Of a stretch of DNA of 64,000 nucleotides, positions 42,001 to 52,138 are shown piece by piece. The stretch is taken from assembly GCA_032718475.1 (NCBI GenBank), contig JAUCBJ010008503.1:362-64361 (forward strand), written 5' to 3'. Every line of letters begins with the position of its first letter. Position 1 is the first letter of the stretch. The notes beneath the pieces are model-generated. The model was not told the DNA's origin, did not search any database, and saw only the letters and a list, made by a program, of their open reading frames with translations. The DNA comes from Nemertoderma westbladi. Taxonomy: Eukaryota; Animalia; Xenacoelomorpha. Both the position numbers and the translations under genes were made by a program.

Positions 42001-42094
42001 AATGTTTTGGTAAAGGTGCCGGGAGTGGTAGATCAGAAAGAACATCAGTTAAACTTGTAAATCCTGACAAATTAATTATCGGTATTTCGGCCAT
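36086..42094 (-). CDS. NIPBL: Nipped-B-like cohesin loader (Scc2), intronless CDS, 2002 aa
   Basis: N-terminal IPIINLSGFTSLTDVLSDLPLPAPLP (MAU2-binding type), PxVxL motif, HEAT region (PEWPAAELILSLLG; VRTKAMKCL; RILDTGVTVRKRVIRILRDIC), Nipped-B_C (DNLAYFPY), basic C-terminal tail. Confidence 0.97.
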   Translation of the reverse strand: MAEIPIINLSGFTSLTDVLSDLPLPAPLPKHSANLLDKPELVARARQLLHCQDEALVSKLVNALGSVSTDYLDFKNPNINSDVINHNELPPLLQAVLQKDPHVFKKQRLHRNSPITTKLPETTLVATEVDEAGIESCDTAEMESKQQPSDIPLSNIDAPFSPEQSPGSHALPQFMSSSSPIRPARPWPQVTKYNLLNSCGVVSQESNALTGNPVKDEPPGCGSSLNIINQSATFQMPQKKQILKKQHEMMGNHYPAVHLTDVMDPSRAGSKPISSNGTSGSECRMLHPVVVLERTVSEHLFQQASETPDVREPGKKSRELDKLKDYWQPDPGEADFSTRKRKAASVAQYKFKHEFNQGADVPSPDSGEDYQRVTKRRRLDSSGESEPDDDGVAPHKRLVSRKDFAKVKAGRFLTREEMLESRVYSRFISAIDNVLEAVEELDIVADVTSVDDEWECPPEFVIPLPAVKELSTLTAEFKSIGGMKQVSHKKLVKLLQLLDKNIRDACRSRLDQEPSSTAGEDRIWRQLMLDKINRSLESTLITLNILTSNEMPKKVYLEDAIEDSIAFTKFHLTNTIYPRFDPAYKTGDSKNKPSAKVLRAKGPKTDTRFLIMYNKLCEIVNCFSVLVQCQELTDTLILPLSSLAISTFFVENVSELQLNALKLTTVIFSIYPAHRQLILDDILASLSRLPTTKKNLRVFAVSDTESVQMVTALVLQLVQGCVVLPRDEGREEESMSLAALLNKSSKKQAGINAENKKKDQMQDCDVILQQAYDNSSRVAQSFLSVFLSKCSSKCGEEDFRPIFENFVHDLLVVVNQPEWPAAELILSLLGFLLMKHFSNRSTDMSLRTASLDYLGIVAAKLRKDGVSGEHSIDEIKSILEEIDEAKVDDDVDITQRSQHELCRYLTANKSVDCSFEFARNFYFAQWFKDCSLEVEKAQGSPNKKQEVDPVVDMDDVNAKVQVVEKCREFLRSLVSDCESETKKNTVFLTDKQSHVFSIYLASKRSFNRSFNVYLTQILRTLTENAVAVRTKAMKCLALVVESDPGILARKDMQLGVHGRLQDSSTNVREAAMELLGKFILLKPQLVDQYYDMIVTRILDTGVTVRKRVIRILRDICVSHPGYPKTTEICIKIIRRVNDEESIKKLVNEVFTSMWFTPIKARDEDLLIKRVQCINDVVGACIDSRGGGLEWFEALLANLFTAEDGNKASAETSANLKQIRRACQQIVDCLVEHVLNIEEREADKEADDEAAGNKRVVACMATLYLFCKVRPELVVIHAETLHPYLSTKCSNKHDLLIIDYVCNILEILMPLLSNPSPTFLATIEEAMLKIMMNQNPRQVQSSISCLAAVINGVSHNVKFAYDCFKRFFDCLEQIRGVMDRNSLTSMDPQRYSFMLRSLFVTGLFAKHFELDKDLTDSDDNHDNKTPLSEKTYDLLFSFSEHKFVEARLKAINGLGFLCLSNPHLLLGHRMRELYTDIMENGSPRMKAAVLGNIQGYLQYEEIRSNKIDLMWSKRAKDEDLKEMQDVQSGMASSVIQIYLKLIFDTCFSLVTDLRALALNVISLTLQQGLIHPVRCVPYLVAMESDVDATIRDVASAELLTIERKYPGVIQMKATQGVRDSYRLQCALNPPSKNRLIVRGFRDEACRRAHCHHLYTVIRSSRQHRRALVVQLLTLLDCNDLPLVLYLCDNLAYFPYQTQDEILFLVHHCDVCLSVTGTDILSNFQRAIVPKPSGLEEGKSYSVLIEDLPRKSVAQEETLDEVLERIPDNPTPALWDWYESMLCSSLQVYLKTFLKEAYALSEQRCQQYSPTDASKSNDKPASCRASSMEFRPAPVLAYLERLNGSPLTPDVKREIADQYLWYKDTMLCLDPVEEEVSDFPPPGADGTDRPPPRLPKMRIHLAATALTGLRSDTTSPSLSTMSGVTDASSGATDQVSIGDDIIDDVVPAPEPEPDEATAKKKKSKRGKDKKPKKKQRKKKRKRYSFLSSEGTSGDGGESDPDFRC

Positions 42095-42431
42095 TTCTCA
42101 CCATTATATATATCAATAATAACAATATAATAATAATATACAGATTTATAAATTAGGCCTACAATAATAATAAATGCACATCAGAAAACAGAAAATGTAG
42201 GCTGATCCTGATAGGTAGGCCTATACCATACCAGTATACTGATCTGTCGCTGTCGGTTATAAGGGTCCGACGAATCTGTACAAAAAAAGTACAAAATACC
42301 GGTAATACAATATAGTACAAAAGAGTACAATAAAGTGCAAAAATAGTACAAAAGAGTACAAACGAGTGGGAAACGCTTGCAAAACGTGTAGGCCTATACA
42401 ACAATACAAGTGTAATTCAAATCGTGTAGAG

Positions 42432-42909
42432 CAGTCGGGGAGAAGTTCGAATTGCAACTGAGTTGAAATTTAAAACTTTTTTTTTTAAATTCAACTTTTA
42501 AGTTGTAAATTCAACTCTAAAATGGCATGAGGCACAGAAGGCCCCGAAGACGTGACAGAAGGCAGAAGGGGTGTTTTTATGGATGTAACTCGAAAAATTA
42601 ACCCTCATTACCGATGGAATAAAAACTTTCACCGTCGGGAACACTTTTTTTCAAAACATTTGAAGTGATTACATTTGCAAATTAGCTGAAATACTAAGGA
42701 AATTTATTAGATGTATTTAATTACTGCTGAATGTCAATATTATTATACAATGGAATACCAGTAATGGATTCCAATACTCCAAAAGTTGAAATTTAAAAAA
42801 AGTTGAATTTTAAACTCTACTCTAAAAGTTGAATTTTAATAAAAAGTTGAATTTTAAAAAATAAAGTTTAAATTTCAACTCGGTTGAAAATAGAACTTCT
42901 CCCCGACTG
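42432..42909. mobile_element. MITE with CAGTCGGGGAGAAGTTC TIRs and 5-bp TSD TAGAG
   Basis: TIRs and TSD are directly visible. It lies ~340 bp upstream of the NIPBL ATG. Confidence 0.88.
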
Positions 42910-43804
42910 TAGAGAGTACAATTGGTAATTTTCATAGTAGAATGTCACACCTGCACTCTGTTAGAGTTAGATGGACTCCCAAAAACCGTAGTTTTTATAG
43001 TACAGTAGTCTTAGTACCATAGTCGATTTTCCTCCTTTCTTTTTGTTTAGTAAAAACTGAATTTTTTGACAAATTTTTTACATTTACATTTAAACTGTTA
43101 AAACTGAATATTATAACCTTGGCACTTTAGTGTCAAATTGTTCAATATTCGGTAGGCCTATTCGGTATCGGTACCAAAATTGCCGAATTTTTTTCAAATT
43201 CGGTTCGGTTCGGCAAAATTTTAAATTCGGTCGATCCATTACTGCCATAGTCAGATAGTACTGCTGTACTGTCTGACTGTAGTATGGCATGTACTGATGT
43301 ATGGACGTATGGTGGTTGAAATCGAAGAATTCTGGACCCAGGCAGCCAGGGCCAAACCATACAGCCATAGCAACAGATTCCATTATTTAAAAAATTGTTT
43401 GATTAGGCCTATTAGTTTTATTAAACCTGATTGCCACTTTGCCAGCAGCTCTTCTGCTCTTGCATGGCAGCATGGAGGTGGAGGGTAGATTCTACCCTAT
43501 CTCTCCATGCTGCCTGCTGCCATGCAGGAGCAGATGAGCAAGCTGGCAAAGTGTCAATCAGGCTTAATACAGCAATAGCAAGAGCAGAAGAGCGAAGCTC
43601 AATGCCAGACTGCGGGGTCAGGGGGTGCGCTGGTGGCTGGTGTGGGCCTTTCAGGCCAGCAGGCTGTAGCTGCCTTGCCGCTTGCCTCTCGGCTGGCCGG
43701 TAATCGTTCTACCGTACAGCCGTAAGCATACAGTCCAGCAGTCTGACAGTCAGACAGTACTGTGTGTTGTGTGTATGAGCAGGCAGGCGCAGGACAGCAG
43801 GAAG

Positions 43805-44771
43805 CCAGGTTGGAATTCATGCTGCAAAACTCGGACGCGTACCTGCGCGAATGACCGCAAATCAGATGCGCGTTGCGCATTTGGGTGAGACAGGTGCGCG
43901 TTCGGGTGAGACAGGTGCGCGTTGCGCCTCAGCGCGCAGCTCTGCCTCCAGCCTCTGATGCGCACCACAAATTAATTGAAATCACGAAAATACACAAAAA
44001 AATTTCGCTCGCTTCGCTCGCATTGGTTTCTCATTTCAAATTCTTCAAACAGTCAAATCATTTCACCATAATACTGTAATACCGGCAACCGGAGCTGAAT
44101 TTGTCTATTTATTTTAACTACTACCTGACTACAGTACTCTATTGTTGTATTGTTATTAGGTCTATGCTATGCCGATGTTACGTTAGTAAACAGGTAAAGT
44201 CAGAAAGTAACAATATATTATAAGTATGACTTAATTATAAGCCAACTGTCAGACTGTATGTCGGTATGTTTAAGCCTAATTGTTAGGTAGGCCTATACAA
44301 AGTATTACTGGCAGACTGGTACCTATTTCAATGTTCGTTTTTTTGAAATTACATGTTTTGTTTGTAATATAAAATAATATTTTCTGTTATAAAAGCAGTG
44401 AGCCAGTTGGGCCACCATAGTAGTGGATTAAAAAAATATTTTTTAATATTAACAATTTTGATGTTGCAAAAATTACATTTATTAGGCCTATGTACTGATG
44501 TAAGCCTAGATTCAACGTACAGACAGACAGACGTAAAGATAAGCTTAAAACGCTCAAACTTGTAAAATAGGAATGTAAAATTGTTCTTATGAACTGTCCG
44601 ATTTTTTGAGATATGCATGACATCTGGCAGTCTGGACATGAGCTGCGCGATTTTGTTTGGATTATGATGAGGTGCGCGACGAGCCAATTTCAGGTGCGCG
44701 GTGATTTCAAAACAACAAAGCGTACCTGCCTGCCTGCTGACCTGCGCGCTCATGCATGAAATCCAACCTGG
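43805..44771. mobile_element. hAT-type MITE
   Basis: Ends CCAGGTTGGAATTCATGC…GCATGAAATCCAACCTGG with an 8-bp TSD GCAGGAAG. A related end lies at 27560-27748, upstream of CRTC. Confidence 0.8.
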
Positions 44772-44836
44772 GCAGGAAGTCACGAAGTGTGGGCCCGAGC
44801 GGTGCTGTCGCTGTGGCTTTCTCTTGGTCCGTGGTC

Positions 44837-45305
44837 CGGTCCTACGAATTACCCCAAAATACCCCAAAACACCCCAAAATACCCCAAAACACCCCAAAAG
44901 ACCCCAAAATAGTATAAAACTACCCCAAAATACCCCAAAATAGTTTAGAATTACCCCAAAATACCCCAAAATAGTTTAGAATTACCCCAAAATACTTTTT
45001 TTTCAGCCTTTGTTTTGGAAATTTAATTTACCCCAAAATATGGCAAAATGACGAATTACCCCAAAATAATTAAAAATTTTTTCTTCACTCTCGTTTATTG
45101 TTTTGGTTAAAAAAACTTGCCACTGTAACCTGCTCCTTTCCCTCGCTGTTAAAAAACATGGTTAGCTTATTTTGGGGTATTTTGGGGTAATTTTTTAGCC
45201 TTTTTGGGGTATTTTGGGGTAATATTTGACTATTTTGGGGTATTTTGGAGTATTTTGGGGTATTTTGGGGTGTTTTGGGGTATTTTGGGGTAATTCGTAG
45301 GACCC
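44837..45305. mobile_element. MITE with CCCCAAAATA repeat arms
   Basis: TIR GGTCCTACGAATTACCCC, TSD CCGTGGTC. Confidence 0.8.
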
Positions 45306-46361
45306 CCGTGGTCAGTTGGTTTGTGTCTGCAATCTGTGGACCGCTGGACTGTGACTGTCTGACTGTGAGCGTGCGTGTGTGCTGCTGACCGCTGACGTGT
45401 GCATAGCTGCGGCTGGCTGGCTGGTGGCTGCATGGTGTGGACGTGGAGTCTGGAGTGGGTGGTGGGGGTCCTATATGGAATACTGACAAAAAGCGCGCCA
45501 CACGCTGACACGCGTTCTGGTTAAACGAAAATCGCGCCACCCATGATATCAAATGCGCGCCAAGCCAACAATTGACTATGAAATTTTGCAGTAATTGCTT
45601 AATTGTCAGTTTATAATGCTGTAGCCCTACAGTATTTTAATATTAAAATATGCGAGTGTAGCGAGCAAGGAAATTTTCCAATTATATCTGATTATGTTAA
45701 CATAAATACAGTCTGACAGTAATAGTCAGATAGTGCTGTATAGTTGTAGTAGTAGTAGTAGTAGGTAAACGTCAACTGGCTGTTTTTAAATGCAGATGTG
45801 ATCAAGATGCGAGCGTAGCGAGCACGAAAATTTTAACATTTCAGCATTTAAAGTAGGCAAAGCGACTGTTTTCAAATGTCAAATGCAGAAATGCAGATGT
45901 CATTAAATGGCGAGCGTAGCGAGCACGGAAATTCTGCTGAATCATGCAGGCTGTCATGGTTTTATTGGTTTGAAGAATCTGACAATTGAAAAACTTTTGA
46001 AACAAGTCATGTTTTTAATGGTCATGCTCAATCCGTCTGTTTCCATTTGTCCACAGCCAGACAGTGCTAAGAGTAGATTTACAGTATAAACGCGAGCGAA
46101 GCGAGCGGACATTTTTCAATCTTTTTAAACCTATGGAATAATTTCAAATAGAGCTGTAGAGTGGGATGTGTTGCCAGTGCACTGCTCTGCTACACTACCT
46201 CCTACAACTGTCCTAACCTAACCCTACATCCATATTCGCGCCAGGACCGCCAGGATCCTCAATGCGCGCCACACGCCCCTGTCACTACGCGCCAGGTTCC
46301 TTAATCCGCGCCACACGCCCCTGTCACTACGCGCCAGGATCCTTAATCCGCGCCACACATG

Positions 46362-48315
46362 CAGTCGGTGAGAAGTCAAAAATTGGACTTCAAGTCCAAT
46401 TTTAGACTTCAAGTCCAATTTTGGACTCCAAAGTCCAATATTGGACTTTAGTACAACTCCAAGTGTACCCATACTGCCATACTGTATATCGGTATTTAAA
46501 TCAAAACGGCATCCCGTATCAGTAGGGCCTACATATATCTGTATATATTACATAATTACAATGCAACATTATTTTAATGATCAAATTAAATATTATATGT
46601 CAGTATGTATTATACTGTTATAAACACGGATCGCACACGTACAGTCAGACAGTCAGACATCAGTAGTTACTTTTTGCGGTAGTGGTATAGCTTTGCACTT
46701 TGCGGTAGCCTTACTGCCTTAGCGGTGTATACCGCGGTAGCGTAGTTGAGTTATAGCTGTATAGTTCATTCATACCCACAGACCCATACTGCCATACCTG
46801 TGTTATTTTCGTATGGCAAAAATAAGACTACTGTAAACTGTAACCTATTGCAGTATTGTGTTATTGAGTTAATGTTTATTGACTAATTGTTTTGATTAGG
46901 TTCACTGTGCAGCTGTGTCAAGTACAATGCACACATCTCTGCATCTCCAACCAGACACTATATAACATTGGAGTTGGAGGTGTCTCATTCAGTCATTGGT
47001 TCCCCCAAGCTTGACACTAGAACAAAGCCGCCTCCGCTTTGCAGGACATCGCTTTAAGCCGTGAGGACCAGCCAGTGCACCTCATGGAGTGAATAAGCAT
47101 GGTGGACAGCCCATGACTTTCTTGAGACGCATCTTTCTTACTGTCTTAAACAGTTAAAGGACACTGGCCTTGAAGATGCGGATGATCTAGCAAATGTCAT
47201 GGGTGATAAGGCTGTAAGAGTGTAAGGGAGTTGTGGAGGCGCACTTTTGTCAACAAGCCGGCACAGCATTCTTAATACATTATAGGGCCTATATATAATG
47301 CAGCTGCAATGAATCATGCCGATTGTAGTAGTAGTATGTGGTGAGGTTATAGGGCTCCTTCAATTGGTAAAGTCAAAAGTGGGCGTTTATTGTTTTAGTT
47401 AGAAAAGCCTGCCTCTGTAACCTGTTCCTTTCCCTCAATTGGTTTATGATTATGACGTGTGTTACTTGTTACTTCTGTACTTATTATGTGGAGACCCCAA
47501 CACGTTAATCAGTTACTAATCCCATTTCATTATCCTGCAGTCCTGTTGTATGGAAAAATGAGAAGAGATGGTGGTAGCATCAACTTGTAGTATTTCTTTC
47601 TGATAGGGCTCCCATAGCTTTAGACGAAATCGTAGCTTGTACTATAGTTAGCCTTAGCAGCAGCTGCAGTTGGCTAACCTGGCATTGCTACCAGTATCCA
47701 CCAATTATAATTTGTAATTAAATATTTGTTGGAGCATAATCTAATCTAGTCCTAAAGACACTATAAAGTCCTGGGTACAGAAGGCTGTAAGGTTAGACAT
47801 AACATGAATGTAAATTGTAAACTAAACAATATGCTAAAAGTAAAGTACAAAGTACCTAGAATGCTAGAATGTACTCATTATATTCTAAGTACAGTACAGT
47901 CATCATTACACTGCTGCACTGCAGATACATACAGAGCTGCAAAGGTAACTTTCCATAACTTAACAGCTGTCTGGCTGTCTCTCATCTGTCATGCTTCATG
48001 TACCTTTAAGTTCGATTCTCAATGTAACGTCCAAAATTGGACTTAAAGTCCAATATTGGACTTTTGTAAAAATTCAAAGCCTTATAAAAAAAGTTCCCCC
48101 TGGTGAATTTCAGGTCCCCCTGTTCAAAACTCTTATTTTTTGATATATTTTCGATTAAAGAAAAAAAATCCCGCCCGATCCAATTACCCAAGGCCCTGGA
48201 ACAATTGGCTGATTTGAAGTCCAATATTGGACTCAAAGAAGTCCAATTTTGGACTTGAACTGGAGTCGAAGTCCAATTTTGGACTTAAGTCCAATTTTTG
48301 ACTTCTCACCGACTG
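46362..48315. mobile_element. Second copy of the CAGTCGGTGAGAAGTC element, 5-bp TSD ACATG
   Basis: Inverted homolog of 17315-20156. It carries an RTE 3' fragment at ~46900-47340. Confidence 0.92.
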
Positions 48316-50543
48316 ACATGTTGAGCAAACTCTACATAAATTCCAACCTGGGTGGGGGTCAGGGGGTGGGTACTGGCAACTGGCTGACTGGTTACTTTAT
48401 CTGGTTATTGTTACCGCTACCAGTCTGCAGTCAGCCACTTGCCAGTTCTGCAGACAGGCAGACTGAAGTTAACTTTTACAGTCGAGGCGATCTAGGCACT
48501 AGGCCTGCTAGGTCTAATCGGTTTTCATTGCATACCAGCCAGCATACAGGCATACATACAGGCATCTTGTAGGCCTATGCGTACGGTCAGATTGTCTGAC
48601 AGTACAGCAGTAGGCGTAGGCACTTCCAGTGGTTTACTACGGTATATTTCAAGATTGAACTTGTCAGACAGTAGGCTAGGCCTACAGTACTGTAGTAGTA
48701 CAGTAATAGGCATAGTCACTTCCAGTGATTTACTAGGCAGCTAGGTACATTTCAAGTTTGAATTTGAGTTGGCCAATTAAAATGTATTTGTGGTGCCGAC
48801 CGCCTGGGCATCTGACTGTCAGACTGTGTATATCGGTACCGGCTGACCGGTGTCACAGGCGAAAATGCTCCCCCCCACCCCCGCGCGGAATGCCCAGGGG
48901 GCATATTCGCCGAGCCCCAAATGCCCCCCCTGGTCACATACGCCTAGCGCCATATGGCCCCCTACCGCGCAGAATGCCCCCCCCCCTCCCCGGTGATTTT
49001 ATGGTATGAAATAAGGGATTAAATTGTAATTTCATTACACATAACATTGGGCCTATTTATTACATATCATAAGTATGGGGCCGTCCAAGTATGACATCTG
49101 CACTTTTCCCCAAAATGTCGACCCCCTCCCTCCCCTAAATCAGATGTCATCAGATAGGCATTGACCCCCCCCCCCCTCCCCTAAATCAGATTTAAAAAAT
49201 TTTCGCCACCTAATCACTGAAACATGGTGACTGGTAACTGAAACAGAAGGTCGTGCTACGGGCCTTCGGGGGCTTCGAGAACAATTGTACGCGCTTTTGA
49301 AGACCTTTAGCAGTTTAACCTGCTAAAATTTATATGTCTTTTGGTTTATAAATAGACTTTTAGTAAATGACAAGTATTTAATACCAATAAACACAACATT
49401 AGCCGAAGCCAGCCTAGTGCGCGTCCATTCACCCGCTGGATATACCCGGGAGACTGGATTCGGATGGGGCTTAGATTTTATTATTGCAGTGAAGCCTACT
49501 GTATTATTCGATTGATCGTTAATAAATAATTCCTGACTAATATTATTCACTTTCGGGAAATATTAACAGTTCCTTTAGGACGTGGCGCTCTATCTAGGTA
49601 AACAGAGCTATGACTTATACTAAACACAACGGTAAGGCTTATGATTCACGTATAAGGCGCATTCTTTAGGAAATGCTTTGTTATCAGCCACAATCATGCA
49701 CACTACCGGTACCGCACAATACTGCACACTAATCTGCCGACCGTCAATGAATTTGATCACACATAAAGAGAACAGCAATTGACTCATGTAGTGCCTATCA
49801 AATAGCATTAAACTCACTACAAACCACGATAATATAAGTCGCAATCGCTATATGTAACCTGTCTCTCTAACCTGTAGTGTATCAAGAAAATTGGGAAATT
49901 TGGGTTCTTTATAGATGTTCTCCAAATAATAATATTCAACCAACTGATACAAATAATGACAACAGTAAACAGCATTAAGACGGTAGGTTAAGATATGATA
50001 TGATTGTTTGGTTAGTTGATAATTATGGCGATAACAGTTATACGTTCTATAATCTACGCCTACTAATGTTTTACTAAAAGTCTGAAACACCGAGTCATTC
50101 CAAAAGCCGATGTTCTTGGCCTAGAAGGAACAACAACAACAGTAACACTGAAACAGTAAGAATGAACACGCCTAGCACGATCTGTAGAATATCTCCACAT
50201 CGACAGTAAAAATCGCCCTGATTGGCTGTTAAGCTAAACAAAGAACCATGTGTCCAACGGCCGTTTCCATGCCAGCAACCAGCTGTTAGATGTCGTAATC
50301 TGAATCATCAAGGCTACACTGTGCTAGAGTATTTGACGCATTGCGGGTTTTGTGCCTTGCCATGTCCGCCAAAGCACACATATAGAAGAATGACTTTTAT
50401 GTCCGTTAAAACACCTACAACGGTACTTTGCAGGCAAGGGGACTGATTATACCCGCAAAAGCTTTTACACCGCTCCCAGAAAATGGGATTTGAGTCTATA
50501 AATCAAAATCACAGTTTCTAATATACGTAAATACTCTAAACAG

Positions 50544-52138
50544 TTAGTCTTTCTTGCGCGGACGGCGTTTACGCAGTTTTTTAAAGCTAGCCAGAGTCTT
50601 TTTCTCTTTGGGGCGAGCCACTTTACAAGGAGGGCTATAACTCCTGGGTGAAGGGTGCAATATGATTGCATCAGAGGGTGTAGGATTAGGGTCGGTGTAT
50701 CCGCCGGTCGAAGTGCCGGGTTGGTTGACATCAACGTCGGGGGAGAGGGGTCTAACAGCCTTTAGAGCGCGTTTTAGGACGGCCGCTCTTACGGGTCCTT
50801 TACGAGTGGTCTGAACGAGAGCCGTGGGTGGACCATAGGCAGTCAGAAACTTCCTGGGTTTAATGGTTCTTTCCAACTCGCGTTCGCGGGCTCGGTATTC
50901 GTAAGGCCGTCGATATACTTCCTGTAACTCGGGGTGTGAGTTAACAAATAAGTCTCCATAGCTCCGGATCCTGACGGATAAAATTGATTAAGTTATAGGA
51001 GTGAATGTCGCTAGGATTAATACTCCTGAGAAATTTGCGTACGAACTTGGTTGAAATACATTCTCCGACGCGCTTCAGTAGTTCGTAACTCGATATGCGT
51101 GATTTCTGTTCGACAGAAGCGAATAGATAAGGATGGAACGCATAAACTCCTTCGTAAGCGCGTCCAGGATAATAACGATGGCGCGAATCACAATGTAAAT
51201 CAGCGTTCGCTTCCCAAGCTCTGATGTAACGTAGTGTAATCATTTCATCTACGCTTTCCAAATCGTGATTAAAAGGGCAATCGAAACTGGCGTGTCCCTT
51301 TAGTTGACAATGGTGACATTGAGTCATAAATTGAGGGCAAACCGCAAAAATGTGCAAGTTATTGAGTCTGCAATATGCACAATAAATTTCCATCGCCGGT
51401 TGTTCGTGGAAATAGGAACAGCGGACGTTTGTGTCCTTCAGTTTGTTGGTTGGGTCTAGGGCATTCGTCACAATAATACCAAAGACGTACGTCCTGTAGA
51501 GGAAACGCGGGTGATCGTTCTCCAGTTTTGCAATATTCTTCCATTTGTTCAAAACTATCCGGGATAACAGGTAGTGGACGATCGGCGGTAAGATACATCA
51601 TAGTGAAATAGAGCCGTTTGAGTTCTACCATAGGGTCATGATGTATACCTTGAGGATATAGAGTCTCGAGGTTCTGCTGACTGGCGATGTTGAGATAGGT
51701 TTCTCTCAAAAATTCCAGGTAGTCGTTGAAGTCGATGCGTTTATCCGGTTCTTCAACGTTTTCTCTTTCCAGTCTGTTACGAATAGAATTTTCGTGTTCT
51801 ATTCTCGGTTTATCGTTACGACTCCGCTGGGTATGATATTTAAATAGAACCATTTCCCTTTCGGTGTCTACATCGTCCGTATCATGTAAATCGATAGGAT
51901 GGCCGGTAGTTAAGAAGTCCATATACGTACCATTACGATGCGTATAGCGAGCGGTGAATTTTCGATAGTCCAATTCACGCGTAAGTTGCTCTTGGGACAT
52001 CGGCGGTTCGATATAACGACCATCGTCCTCCGTAATGGTTGGATCGGCTTCACCGCGTATCAAGCTATCCACAAATGCTTGTAAAGGTAGAGTATATCGC
52101 TCCCTGATACCAAGATCATCTTCTATCAACTCCGTCAT
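50544..52138 (-). pseudogene. Accessory 3' ORF (~530 aa zinc-knuckle protein) with two frameshifts
   Basis: ORFs 51359-52138, 50941-51552 and 50544-50876 join through shifts near 51430 and 50960 into one frame collinear with 2-1054. Confidence 0.75.
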
